From an uncultured delta proteobacterium (GTDB lineage Bacteria > Myxococcota_A > Polyangia > Polyangiales > B10-G4), in NCBI GenBank assembly GCA_963727445.1, contig CAVSGI010000012.1, forward strand, positions 256,001 through 320,000: a stretch of DNA of 64,000 nt, given 5' to 3'. Below the pieces are notes generated by a model, which saw nothing but the letters and a program-made list of their open reading frames with translations, was not told the DNA's origin and did no database searches. A program made the translations under genes and the position numbers. How positions within the stretch are numbered: position 1 is the stretch's first letter; the number at the start of each line of letters is the position of its first letter. Positions 38,339 through 48,594 of this stretch are shown piece by piece.

Positions 38339-40270
38339 TCACCTTCGGCGCGCGGAGATCTGTCTGACGAGGGCCTCGCCCAACGAGTCGATGTCGTAGG
38401 GCTTGGCGAGGAACTCGTGGGGTCCGGTTTTCGGAGGTTCGGCGCTGCTGTGGCCCTGGCCGCTGGTCATGATCGCCGGCAGCTCCGGGTCGATGCGCCG
38501 GAGCTCTTCGAGACATGCCCATCCATTCATCTTCGGCATGCGTACATCGATGAGTGCCACGGCCACTCGCCGACCTTCCTCGCGATAGCGCCGTACAGCT
38601 TCGTTTCCGTCGACGCAGCTGATGACCTCGTACCCGAGTGATTCGACGAGTCGCTCGGCCGACTCACGCACGAGCGACTCGTCTTCCACCAGCAGAACCA
38701 CACCCCGACCCGACGCGGGAGTCGAGCGGAGACGCTCCCCTGAGACATCCTCTTCAGCGGGGCGGAGAAAGACCGACACGGAGGTGCCAACCTGCTCTTC
38801 GCTCTCGATGGCGATCGCCCCGTGGTGGGCCCGCACGATCCCGTACACGACCGAGAGTCCCATGCCCGAACCCGTTCCATCGGGCTTGGCGGTGAAGAAG
38901 GGCTCGAATACGCGGTCGCGTATCGCCGCGGACATGCCGACGCCGGTGTCCTCCACGACGATTCGAACGTAGGCGCCGGCGTCCAGCGCGAACGCCTCGA
39001 GGAGCGGACCGTCTTCGAGAACCTCGCGCGTCGTGCGGAGCGAGAGCCGCCCGCCGTCCGGCATCGCGGCTCGTGCGTTGACGATCAGGTTCATCAGTAC
39101 CTGCTGGAGCTGACCCGGGTCTCCCTGCACCCAGGTCGCGTCCAGAGCTACTTCCTCGACCACGTCGACGTCGTCACCGAGGGTGCTCGCGAGGAGCTCG
39201 CAGACGTCGTTGATCAAGTGGCGGATGTCGAGGCGCTTGCGCTCGGGCTTGCTCTTGCGCGCGAAGCTCAGGAGCTGCTGGGTGAGTCCCGCAGACTGGC
39301 GCGCAGCGCGGTAGATGAGATTGGCGGCGTGGCCATCGGGAGAGTCGGCGGGATGTCGGTGCCGCATCATGTCGGCGGTCGCGAGGATCGCGGTGAGCAT
39401 GTTGTTGAAGTCGTGCGCCACGCCGCCGGCCAGAACCCCGACGGCTTCGAGCCTGTGAGCGTGCTGCAGCTGTGCTTCGAGCGCGCGCCGCTCGCTCAGG
39501 TCCATGACCACGTACTGTACGGCGGGCCGTCCGCCGTACTCCATCGCCCGCGCGTGAACCTCGACGGGGATCTCGCGCCCGGCCGCGTTCACCAACACCG
39601 TTTCGTAGGTATTGGGAACGCCGTCGCCCCTCAGTCGCTTCTGAAGGAACGCCCTCGCCCTGGACTGGAGCCCGGGGACAACCAACTTCGCCAGATCTCG
39701 CTCGATGGCGTTCGGATCGCCGAAGTGAGCCCGCCACGCTTCGTTCGCGAACACCACGCGCGAGTCTTGAACGATCGTTACCATGTGAGGAAGAGCCGCC
39801 ACGAGCGAACGAAATTTCTCCTCGCTGTCGCGAAGCTGACGCTCCATCCTCTTACGCTTCTGGAGATTGCGCGAGATGGCGAGGACCCCGCGCACCTCGT
39901 CGTCCATGACGATGCGGGCGGTGGTGATCTCGACCCACATCTCTTCTTCCGAGGCGGCGCGGTAGGCGAGCTCGTAGGCCGGGACGTCTTCCCCCGCGAG
40001 GACACGATCGAAGTTCCGTCGAGTCATCTCGTGATCCTCTTCCCGAATGAGCTCGAGGAAGTGGCGTCCCAAGAACGCTTCCTTGGGGAATCCGGAGCTC
40101 TTGGCGATGAAGTCGTTGACGAAGGAGAAGCGACCTTCGAGGTCGACCACGAAGATCCCGTCTCCCGCGCCATCGACGAGTGCTCGGACGAAGGCTTCCG
40201 ACGCGAAGAGCTCGCCCTCGGTGGGGCGCGCGCTCAGCGGTTTCTTGGAATTCGACTCTCTTTCCACCAC
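38339..40270 (-). CDS. Hybrid sensor histidine kinase (PAS-PAS-HisKA-HATPase-REC)
   Basis: GGVAHDFNNML, NLIVNA, DTGVGM, FEPFF, GSGMGL, LLVEDE, IDVRMPKMNG, KPY. Confidence 0.95.
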   Translation of the reverse strand: MVERESNSKKPLSARPTEGELFASEAFVRALVDGAGDGIFVVDLEGRFSFVNDFIAKSSGFPKEAFLGRHFLELIREEDHEMTRRNFDRVLAGEDVPAYELAYRAASEEEMWVEITTARIVMDDEVRGVLAISRNLQKRKRMERQLRDSEEKFRSLVAALPHMVTIVQDSRVVFANEAWRAHFGDPNAIERDLAKLVVPGLQSRARAFLQKRLRGDGVPNTYETVLVNAAGREIPVEVHARAMEYGGRPAVQYVVMDLSERRALEAQLQHAHRLEAVGVLAGGVAHDFNNMLTAILATADMMRHRHPADSPDGHAANLIYRAARQSAGLTQQLLSFARKSKPERKRLDIRHLINDVCELLASTLGDDVDVVEEVALDATWVQGDPGQLQQVLMNLIVNARAAMPDGGRLSLRTTREVLEDGPLLEAFALDAGAYVRIVVEDTGVGMSAAIRDRVFEPFFTAKPDGTGSGMGLSVVYGIVRAHHGAIAIESEEQVGTSVSVFLRPAEEDVSGERLRSTPASGRGVVLLVEDESLVRESAERLVESLGYEVISCVDGNEAVRRYREEGRRVAVALIDVRMPKMNGWACLEELRRIDPELPAIMTSGQGHSSAEPPKTGPHEFLAKPYDIDSLGEALVRQISARRR

Positions 40271-40503
40271 CAGAGTCGTCGAGGATAGGCTGCCCGCGTG
40301 CCCGACGCGAGCGCGTCAACCTCGAGTCGGACTCCACAGGTTCCGCGAGCGGCCTGACCCGCTTGGCGAGCACATCCACACGCTGAGGGATCCGCGCCGA
40401 ACACCCGTCGTGATATCAGAGGCCATGGTCCACGATCTCGGGCGGTCTTTGGCGTTCGTCCGCACGCCCTCCCCAATCTCGCCGCTCTTCGCTTGCGACT
40501 CGC

Positions 40504-41745
40504 GTGGCTGAAGCTCCCCGCTATCAGCCGGACCGGCTGCTCTGGGGCGCGGTCGGCGCCGGCGTGGCCCCCGGCGTTGGCCTGTTGGTGACGCTGACGT
40601 GCGCCTGGTTCGCCACGCGGGCGTCGCGCCGCTTGATCCTGGGCATCGCGGCCCTCGATCTCCTCCTCGCCTGCGCCCTCGGCGGCGTTCTTCTCTTCGG
40701 TCCTCCGATCGCTTCCGCCGGGCTGGTGCCGGTGTCGATCCTGGGTGTCGCCATGTCGGAGGTGCCGGCCGAAGACGGCGTTCGGCTTGTCGAGGTCGTT
40801 CCCGGATTGGCCGCCGCCGCTGCGGGGCTCTCGGCCGGCGACGTCGTCCTATCCGTCGACGGGGTGCACGTGGCGCGAGCCCCAGACGTCTCCGACGTCG
40901 TCGAGAACACCCCGCCGGGGACCGCGATCACACTTCGGGTGAAGGACGACGAGGGTCGGGCCCGCAGCGTCCAGGCAACGCTCGGCGCGCGCTTCGTTCC
41001 GAGCGTGCGCTCGACCACGTTCCACGTGATCGGACGGAGCGTCGTTCTCGGCTTCGCGTTCCTGGCGACCATCCTCGTCGGCGCCTGGGGCCTGCTCTTC
41101 AGCCGCCCTCGCTGGGCGGGCGCCGTGCTCGCTTGTCTTGGGGCCGGTGGGGCCATTCAGGCCTTTCTGATGCGACAGGGGAGCCACGAGATCGTGACCT
41201 GGCTCTACGTCGGGGCGGTCATCGTGTTCGCGGGGGCTCTGTGGTGGAGGATGAAGAGCGCAGAGCCCCCACCGATCGCGCGCGTCGATCGCACGAGCCG
41301 TGGGTTCGTCCTCGGCCTCGTCGCTGCGGGCGCGTGGGGCGTGCGCGCCACGCTCGCGGTCTACCTCGTCTCAGTCTTCGCCGACGTGACCCCCGCCGCC
41401 GCCTCGAATCCCGTGATGGCCGTGAGCGAAGAGGGAACGAGCTCGCTGTCCCAGCTCCTCATCGCCGCGACCCTCGTGTTCGTCGCGCCGTTCTTCGAGG
41501 AGCTCCTGTTTCGGGGGGCGCTCCTCTCGTGGCTGGCAGCGCGCCTCGGCCCCTGGAGCGCGCTCGCAGTCACATCGCTGATCTTCGGCGCACTCCACGT
41601 GCCGACTCACGGCCTCCACTTCCTGGTGGCGACGGCTTACGGCGCGGCACTGGGCTGGACCTGGCTGAGAACCGGGAGCCTCGTGCCCTGCGTTTTCATC
41701 CACGTCGCGATCAACTTCGCCGCGACGGTGCGCTTCCTGCTCTGA
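40504..41745 (+). CDS. PDZ-domain CPBP (Abi/CAAX) intramembrane metalloprotease
   Basis: PDZ (A..AGL.AGDVVLSVDG), EELLFRG, FGALH, HVAIN. Confidence 0.85.
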   Translation: MAEAPRYQPDRLLWGAVGAGVAPGVGLLVTLTCAWFATRASRRLILGIAALDLLLACALGGVLLFGPPIASAGLVPVSILGVAMSEVPAEDGVRLVEVVPGLAAAAAGLSAGDVVLSVDGVHVARAPDVSDVVENTPPGTAITLRVKDDEGRARSVQATLGARFVPSVRSTTFHVIGRSVVLGFAFLATILVGAWGLLFSRPRWAGAVLACLGAGGAIQAFLMRQGSHEIVTWLYVGAVIVFAGALWWRMKSAEPPPIARVDRTSRGFVLGLVAAGAWGVRATLAVYLVSVFADVTPAAASNPVMAVSEEGTSSLSQLLIAATLVFVAPFFEELLFRGALLSWLAARLGPWSALAVTSLIFGALHVPTHGLHFLVATAYGAALGWTWLRTGSLVPCVFIHVAINFAATVRFLL

Positions 41746-41764
41746 CGGTCGTCGACCCGGGCCT

Positions 41765-43843
41765 TCAGAGAGCGGTGGCCGTGGCGGCTGGCTCGGGCAC
41801 CGGCAGTCGCGTGGCGTCGAGGTTCGTCTCGTTGTCGGTGAAGTCGACGCCGTTGGTCAGGCGCGTGAGGTCGTATCCATCTGCTTGGACGCATGCGCCG
41901 ATCCGCGCCTGTGTCACCGCTCCCTCGGTCAGGTCGACGCTGACGGTCTCGTCACCAGCGGCCACGAACACGCCGCAGAGCTCTACCTGCGCGATGTCGA
42001 ATCGGTTCAGATCGAGCGTCCCGCCCACGGCGGCAGCGCCGTAGCCGAAGCTGAGCTCGGCGCAGGTGGAGGCCGAGCACTCCGCCTCTTGCACGTCGTG
42101 AATCGACACGTCGTCGAGCTCGACCGCTCCGCCGATGGCCAACACGCCGTGCTCGCGGGCACCGCGGATCTGCACTCGCGCGCCCGTGGTGTGCCCGAGG
42201 GCCTGCGTGATGAGCCCGAGCCCGCCCCGGCCGTCCGGCCTCGCGTAGGTGTCGGCGATCACGACGTCCTCGAGTGTCGCCTCCGCGCCGTCCCCTGCCA
42301 CGAAGAACCCGAGCTCGTGGTTTCGGATGACGACCACGCGCGCGACGTCCAGGATGCCGCCGTTTTGTGCGATGAGGCCGCGACCGGAGCTCGACGACGC
42401 GATCTCGACACCAGTGTCGGCGATGAGCGTGTCGCGCAGGGTGGCTCGGGCGCCGTTGTTCGCGACCATGACGCCCGTCTCGAGATTGCGCAGTACGGCG
42501 AGGTTCTCAGCGTCGAGGGCCGGTCCGTCCGTCATCGCGATGCCCCGACCGTAGACACCGTCATCTCGCCCTCGACCGTCCCTCACGACCACATGGCGGA
42601 GCGTCACTTCCGTTCCGGGGTCGGACATGAAGACGCCGAGCTCGTCGTGCTCGGCCACCACCACGCGGGTCGCCGTGACCTTCGCCCCATCCTGCGCGGC
42701 GAGCCCGCGTCCGGAGGTGCCGTCCCGCGCGTTCTCCCGCACGCCCTCGATGACGACGTCCTCGAGCACGGCCTCGGCCCCGTCCACGCCGACGATCATC
42801 GCGATGTCCAAGTTGTTTGCCATCCAGGTTCGCCGTGCCTCGAAGTGTCCTCCGAAGCGCACGTTCACCGCTCGGCCACGCGTGCCGTTTGGCAGCCCGG
42901 TTGCGTCGACGATGGCGGCGTCACTCAGAGTCACGACCGTCCCGGCATCGTCGGCGAAGATGCCAGTCTCCGCGCTGCCGCTGATCACGATCCGCGCGGC
43001 GTCGAGGTGCGCGCCTCCCGCGATGGACAACCCGACACCCAGCGCTTCTGCCATTCCGGCAATGGTGTCCTTCACCACGAAGTCCATCACGGTCACGCTG
43101 GTACCGGCTCCCGTCGCGGCGACCCCCACCAGGTAGAGCTCGTCGAAGAGAACCCCATCGAGGCGGAGGCTTCGCCCACTGTCGACGTAGGCACCTTGCT
43201 GCGCCGCGCCGCGGACGGTGAGGTTGGAGACCACGGCTTCGGCGCCGGAGCTCGTCACCGAGATGACTGATCGTACGGGCGCGCTGATGCCGGTGACGAT
43301 GGTCTCGGCGACACACGCACCCATGACGCGAACGCCGGCCTTGAGGGGCAACGTTCCTTCATAGGTCCCGCGGGCTAGCGCGACGGTCGTCCCGTCGCCC
43401 AACGAGGGCCACGGCACCTCGGAGAGTGCGGCGTAGGGCGACGCCATCGATCCGTCGCCACCGCTCGCGGCGCCCGCCCGCACGTAGACGATGGTGCCGG
43501 TGGTCGGGAGCGCCGCCGAATAATCCCCCGAAGGACATGCCTCCCCGATCGGTCGACAGCCGGCCTCCCCGGGGAAGTGCGCCTCCCCCTCGTCGCAGGT
43601 GGCGGGACCGCTTTCGGGATACGGACGGCACTCCGCGGGATCGAGGTCGTCGACCGTGCGCCAGCCCTCGGGGCAGGGTGTGAGTGTGACTGGGGAGGTC
43701 CCTTCGTCGAACCACGGGATCGCCGGCGGCGCAACCCCGAGACCCGCATCGCCAGCGTCGACCGCGGCGTCGACGCCAGCGTCCGAATCGCCGCAGGCCG
43801 CGAGCACGACGAGCGCCGCCAGGACCCACCTAGTCACTCGCAT
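41765..43843 (-). CDS. Beta-solenoid lipoprotein, paralog 2, 6 repeat units
   Basis: LAAC lipobox, CPEGW, VYV..GA..GGDGS...PY cap, GAC, repeats, and RLPVP tail. Confidence 0.8.
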   Translation of the reverse strand: MRVTRWVLAALVVLAACGDSDAGVDAAVDAGDAGLGVAPPAIPWFDEGTSPVTLTPCPEGWRTVDDLDPAECRPYPESGPATCDEGEAHFPGEAGCRPIGEACPSGDYSAALPTTGTIVYVRAGAASGGDGSMASPYAALSEVPWPSLGDGTTVALARGTYEGTLPLKAGVRVMGACVAETIVTGISAPVRSVISVTSSGAEAVVSNLTVRGAAQQGAYVDSGRSLRLDGVLFDELYLVGVAATGAGTSVTVMDFVVKDTIAGMAEALGVGLSIAGGAHLDAARIVISGSAETGIFADDAGTVVTLSDAAIVDATGLPNGTRGRAVNVRFGGHFEARRTWMANNLDIAMIVGVDGAEAVLEDVVIEGVRENARDGTSGRGLAAQDGAKVTATRVVVAEHDELGVFMSDPGTEVTLRHVVVRDGRGRDDGVYGRGIAMTDGPALDAENLAVLRNLETGVMVANNGARATLRDTLIADTGVEIASSSSGRGLIAQNGGILDVARVVVIRNHELGFFVAGDGAEATLEDVVIADTYARPDGRGGLGLITQALGHTTGARVQIRGAREHGVLAIGGAVELDDVSIHDVQEAECSASTCAELSFGYGAAAVGGTLDLNRFDIAQVELCGVFVAAGDETVSVDLTEGAVTQARIGACVQADGYDLTRLTNGVDFTDNETNLDATRLPVPEPAATATAL

Positions 43844-43926
43844 CTGATGAGCAAGGTATCACGTCATCCCTCCTCAGCGCTTGATGTGGGACCTCCTGAT
43901 CTCGGCTAGCATCCCCAGACACTCCG

Positions 43927-44958
43927 ATGAAAGGACTCGCCAACATCTCGATTTTCTTGCTCGCGGCGGTCGCCAGCGGCTGCTCCGACGACAGCACGCC
44001 CACCGATTCCGGGATGCCGCCGGCCGACACGGGGACGGCGCCGACGGATACGGGCGTGGCGTCGGACGGTGCCGCCGACACTGGCATGATGGCCACGGAC
44101 TCGGGCCCACCACCCGGCGATGGCGCCGTGCCTCCTCAGCCCACCTTCCCGATCACCGCCGCCTTCTACTACCCCTGGTTTCCGGAGACCTGGACGGTCA
44201 TGGGGTCCCACGTCTCCTACCAACCGACGCTCGGTTACTACGAGACGACGGATGCCGCGGTACAGACATCGCACATCGACGCCCTCGGTTACGCAGGGAT
44301 GGACGTGGCCATCTCCTCCTGGTGGGGACCGGGCCACTACACCGATACCCGGCTCGGCCAGCTCATGAATCGAACCCGCGACATGGGAGCCCCCCTCAAA
44401 TGGGCGATCTACTACGAGGACGAAGGCACGACCGAGCCGAGCGCGGCCGACCTGGCAGCCGACCTCTCCTACCTCCGCGACGAGGTCGCCACCCACGAGG
44501 CGTTTCTGCGCATCGACGGGAAGTTCGTGGTCTTCGTCTACAACGCGAACGACACGACGTGCGAGGTCGCGACCCGTTGGAGCCAGGCGAACGACACCGT
44601 CGGCGGCGCCGCTTACGTCGTGCTGAAGGTGTTCTCTGGCTATCGCGACTGCGCCGACCAGCCCGAATCATGGCACCAGTACGGGCCGGACACTCCCGCC
44701 GACGAGCAGAGCGGTTACTCCTACACCATCGCCCCCGGCTTCTGGCGCGCCGACGAAGCGAGCGCACGCCTGGCGCGTGATCCGGCGCGGTGGCAGACGA
44801 ACGTCGCCGACATGGCCGCGGCCACCACGCCCTTCAAGCTCGTCACGACCTTCAACGAGTGGGGGGAGGGGACCGCGGTCGAGTCGGCCGAGGATTGGTC
44901 CTCCGCCTCTGGCTACGGCATCTACCTCGACGCACTGCATGAAGCCTTCGCACCGTGA
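43927..44958 (+). CDS. GH99-like glycoside hydrolase lipoprotein
   Basis: AFYYPWF, P.LGYY, SWWG, YYE, PGF, and TTFNEWGEGT catalytic motif. Lipobox ASGC. Confidence 0.82.
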   Translation: MKGLANISIFLLAAVASGCSDDSTPTDSGMPPADTGTAPTDTGVASDGAADTGMMATDSGPPPGDGAVPPQPTFPITAAFYYPWFPETWTVMGSHVSYQPTLGYYETTDAAVQTSHIDALGYAGMDVAISSWWGPGHYTDTRLGQLMNRTRDMGAPLKWAIYYEDEGTTEPSAADLAADLSYLRDEVATHEAFLRIDGKFVVFVYNANDTTCEVATRWSQANDTVGGAAYVVLKVFSGYRDCADQPESWHQYGPDTPADEQSGYSYTIAPGFWRADEASARLARDPARWQTNVADMAAATTPFKLVTTFNEWGEGTAVESAEDWSSASGYGIYLDALHEAFAP

Positions 44959-46844
44959 TGTCCGACGATGAACCCGAAAGCGATCCGCCCAGAGGTCGCC
45001 GCTTGGGCGTGCTCTCTCTCGCGGCGATCGGTGTCGTCTTCGGGGACATCGGAACCAGTCCGCTCTATGCGGTGCGCGAGTGTTTTCACGGGGACTACGC
45101 CATCGCCGCGACGGGCCAGAACGTCCTCGGCGTCGTCTCCCTGATCTTCTGGTCGGTCACGCTCGTGGTGACCATCAAGTACCTGGTGTTCGTGCTGAAG
45201 GCCGACAACCAGGGCGAGGGCGGCGTCATCGCCCTGACCGCGCTGGTCGACGAGCAGAAAGGCCGGCGCGGGCGGATCTTCGTGCTCCTCGGTCTCTTTG
45301 CGGCGGCGCTGCTCTACGGCGACGGGATGATCACCCCCTCGATCTCGGTGTTGAGCGCGGTCGAGGGGGTGGCGGTCGCGGCCCCCGCCTTCGCTGATTG
45401 GGTCCTGCCTGCGACCGTCGCGATCCTGGTCGCGCTCTTCCTCTTCCAGCACAAGGGAACGAAGCGGGTGGGCTCGCTCTTCGGCCCGATCACGAGCCTC
45501 TGGCTCCTGACGATCGCCGCCCTCGGAGTTCGAGGCATCGTCGACCGACCCGATGTCCTGTGGGCGCTGAGCCCTCTGCACGCGATCTCCTTCATTTCGG
45601 CCAACGGCGCCACCGGCTTCTTCGTTCTCGGCGCGGTCTTCCTCGTCGTCACCGGGACCGAAGCGCTCTACGCCGACATGGGCCACTTCGGCCGCCGGCC
45701 CATTCGGATGGCGTGGCTCGCGCTGGTCATGCCGTGCTTGTTGCTCAACTACTTCGGTCAGGGCGCCGCGCTCCTGGCCGATCCCAGCGTCGCGCCAGAA
45801 GTGTTCTTCGCACTCGTCCCCTCGGCGCTTCAGTTCCCGGTCGTCGGGTTGGCGACCTGTGCGACGGTCATCGCGTCGCAGGCGGTGATCAGTGGCGCGT
45901 TCTCCCTCACCCGTCAGGCCATTCGCCTGGGGTATCTCCCGCGCCTGCGCGTCATCCACACCTCCAAGACCGAGATCGGTCAGATCTACGTTCCCGCCGT
46001 CAACTGGATGCTGATGGTCGTGACCGTCTTCCTGGTGCTGGGCTTCGGTAGCTCGAGCTCGCTGGCCGCTGCTTACGGCGTGGCAGTGACGACCACCATG
46101 CTGGTGACTTCCATCCTCTTCTTCGTCGTCGCGACCACCCACCTGGGCTGGCACTGGCTGCCCACCGCCGGCCTGGTGACCCTCTTCGTGGTGGTCGACT
46201 CGGCATTCTTCGGCGCCAACATCAGCAAGCTCGCCCACGGCGCCTGGTTTCCCCTCCTGATCGGGTTGGTCGGGTTCGTGGTGATGACCACCTGGAAGAC
46301 GGGCCGCCTGCTCATCCGCGACGAGATGTACGGTCGAAACCCCACGCTGCTCGAGCTCGCCGAGCGAATCGAGTTCGATGGGATCACCCGAGTCCCTGGT
46401 CAGGCCGTCTACCTGGCGGGGAGCCCCGAGAAGGCGCCACCCGCGCTGCTACACAACCTTCGACACAACCACGTCGTCCACGAATCGGTCGCCGTGGTCA
46501 CGGTGGATTTCCGCGACATCCCTCGTGTCCCGGTGGACGAGAAGGTGACCGTTCGAGAGTTGCGGCCGTGGCTCTACCACGTGGAGATCGGATGTGGGTT
46601 CATGGAGGACCCACACGTACCGCGCCTCCTGATGCTCGCCAGCAAGGACGGCTTCCCCTTCGATCCGGACAAGGTCAGCTACTTCGTCGGAAAGGAGCAC
46701 GTAGTTCCGGATCGGAACCCGTCAATGGCCCCCTGGCGGGAGCGGATCTTCGCGGTGCTGTCGAGAAATGCGCTCGGCGCGACGCCTTACTTCAATCTGC
46801 CCGCCGACCGGGTCGTGGAGCTCGGCGCGCAAATCGAGCTCTGA
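44955..46844 (+). CDS. kup: KUP/HAK/KT potassium transporter
   Basis: GVVFGDIGTSPLYA, ADNQGEGG, GDGMITPSISVLSAVEG, EALYADMGHFG, GQIYVP, AYGVAVT. Confidence 0.97.
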   Translation: MMSDDEPESDPPRGRRLGVLSLAAIGVVFGDIGTSPLYAVRECFHGDYAIAATGQNVLGVVSLIFWSVTLVVTIKYLVFVLKADNQGEGGVIALTALVDEQKGRRGRIFVLLGLFAAALLYGDGMITPSISVLSAVEGVAVAAPAFADWVLPATVAILVALFLFQHKGTKRVGSLFGPITSLWLLTIAALGVRGIVDRPDVLWALSPLHAISFISANGATGFFVLGAVFLVVTGTEALYADMGHFGRRPIRMAWLALVMPCLLLNYFGQGAALLADPSVAPEVFFALVPSALQFPVVGLATCATVIASQAVISGAFSLTRQAIRLGYLPRLRVIHTSKTEIGQIYVPAVNWMLMVVTVFLVLGFGSSSSLAAAYGVAVTTTMLVTSILFFVVATTHLGWHWLPTAGLVTLFVVVDSAFFGANISKLAHGAWFPLLIGLVGFVVMTTWKTGRLLIRDEMYGRNPTLLELAERIEFDGITRVPGQAVYLAGSPEKAPPALLHNLRHNHVVHESVAVVTVDFRDIPRVPVDEKVTVRELRPWLYHVEIGCGFMEDPHVPRLLMLASKDGFPFDPDKVSYFVGKEHVVPDRNPSMAPWRERIFAVLSRNALGATPYFNLPADRVVELGAQIEL

Positions 46845-46887
46845 CGCGCGCTGGTGGTCCGAAGCGGGCTTCGGGTACCATCGGAGG

Positions 46888-48519
46888 ATGCGCTGCACGC
46901 GATTGCTCATCCTTCTCCTTTCACTTCTCCTCTTCTTCGTCGGCTGCGACTGCAGCGACAACAACGGAACGGGGGACAGCTCCGTCACCGGCGACGGTTC
47001 GACCGACTCCATGGCGGGGGACAGCACCACCGGAATGGATGCGACGGGCGACGGGACGACCGGCGACGCGAGTGGGGACGCGACCGGCGGCGACGCCAGC
47101 GGGTGCGCGACGGGGGCGTGTCGTCCCATCGCTTGCGCCTGTACGGCCGATACCGATTGTTGCTCGGGCTCGTGCATGGCGAACCTCTGCGTAGCGGCCG
47201 CGTGTTTCTCGAACGGCACCGCGTGCACCGCGGACTCGGATTGCTGCTCGCTCAACTGTGGCGCCAGCGGCAACTGCGAGCCGCCGCCCCTGCCCTGCCG
47301 GTCCATCGGCAGCGTGTGCGCCGTCTCGGGTGATTGTTGCTCGGGCAACTGTGCAGATACGGCGGGGATGCCCTGTGCGGGCGGCGCCGACTGCACATGT
47401 GGCGCGAGTGCCGCGTGCCTGCCCTCGGGGGAGGCCTGCCGCCGCGACAGCCAGTGCTGCAACAACCTCTGCGACCGGCCCAGCGGTGGGATGGGGACCT
47501 GCGCCGAGATCACCTCGTGCGCGGTGGCTGGCGAGCCCTGTAGCACCGAGGGCCTGAGCGGCGCGTGTTGCTCCACCGTCTGCCTCGACACCGCGGGCGA
47601 CGGCGTGCCCCGCTGTCAGTACCTGGGCGGCTGTCGCGTCCAGGACGAGCTCTGCTCGAGTGACGGGGAGTGCTGCTCGGGCGCGTGTGAGGCCCGCGGC
47701 ATGACGATGGACGGGCGGCCGATCATGCGCTGCGCGAACGTCGAGTCCTGTCTGCCTGCGGGCGAGGTCTGCGCCTTCGGCGGTGCGAGCTCCAACTGCT
47801 GCCCCAACGGCGGCGGCCGCACGGGCTGCGAGCCGACGGGCGCGGGCTTCAGTCGCTGTTTCGGCGGCGAGCCGGGCTGCACCATCCCCGGACACGAGTG
47901 CACCGACACCAGCGAGTGCTGTACCGACGCTTTCCCCGACATCATGTGCTCGCCCGACTACCGCGGCGGTCGCGATGGGTCGACGCTCGCGTGTTGCCTC
48001 GACTCCGGCTCGTCCTGTGCCTTCGGTGACGTGTGCTGCTGTGGTGTGTGCGCGCCCGACGAGTCCGGCTCCCTGGTCTGCTGCCCGCCGCCCCCCTCCA
48101 CCTGCGTCGAGGACGGGATGCCCTGCACGTCGACGGCGGAGTGCTGCCGCGGCGTCTGCGCCGACGACGGCACCGGCCGGATGGTCTGCAATCCGACCAT
48201 GTGCGTCTCGGATGGCGGAGCCTGCACCATGGATAGCGACTGCTGCAGCGGAACCTGCGGCATGGACGCTTCGGGTGCGATGGTCTGCAATCCGACGACC
48301 TGCGTGACCACGGGCCGCGCGTGCACCGTCGACGGTGATTGCTGCCCCGGCAACTGCTGTCGGGCCGACGCGTCGGGCGCTACGGTCTGCACGACCGATT
48401 GCGGCGCGGCTTGCACCCTGGGCGCCCTCGGTGACCTCTGCAGCACGGCCGCCGACTGTTGCAACGCCCCGCCGGTCGTCTGCGCGGGTCTCGAGTTCAC
48501 GACCTGTCAGCTCCCCTGA
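46888..48519 (+). CDS. Cys-rich lipoprotein with many knottin-like (C...G..C....(D/E)CC...C) repeats
   Basis: Lipobox FVGC, DS/DG/DA linker, more than ten CC-containing modules. Confidence 0.82.
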   Translation: MRCTRLLILLLSLLLFFVGCDCSDNNGTGDSSVTGDGSTDSMAGDSTTGMDATGDGTTGDASGDATGGDASGCATGACRPIACACTADTDCCSGSCMANLCVAAACFSNGTACTADSDCCSLNCGASGNCEPPPLPCRSIGSVCAVSGDCCSGNCADTAGMPCAGGADCTCGASAACLPSGEACRRDSQCCNNLCDRPSGGMGTCAEITSCAVAGEPCSTEGLSGACCSTVCLDTAGDGVPRCQYLGGCRVQDELCSSDGECCSGACEARGMTMDGRPIMRCANVESCLPAGEVCAFGGASSNCCPNGGGRTGCEPTGAGFSRCFGGEPGCTIPGHECTDTSECCTDAFPDIMCSPDYRGGRDGSTLACCLDSGSSCAFGDVCCCGVCAPDESGSLVCCPPPPSTCVEDGMPCTSTAECCRGVCADDGTGRMVCNPTMCVSDGGACTMDSDCCSGTCGMDASGAMVCNPTTCVTTGRACTVDGDCCPGNCCRADASGATVCTTDCGAACTLGALGDLCSTAADCCNAPPVVCAGLEFTTCQLP

Positions 48520-48530
48520 GGAGCGCACCA

Positions 48531-48576
48531 CGATCGAGCCCCACTCGCGATCCCCTTTGCGAGCGGGGCTCGGTCG
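48531..48576. terminator. Strong hairpin between convergent genes
   Basis: CGATCGAGCCCCACTCGCGA-loop-TTGCGAGCGGGGCTCGGTCG, ~20-bp imperfect stem with no U-tract. Confidence 0.55.
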
Positions 48577-48594
48577 CCATGCAACTCCGCGACG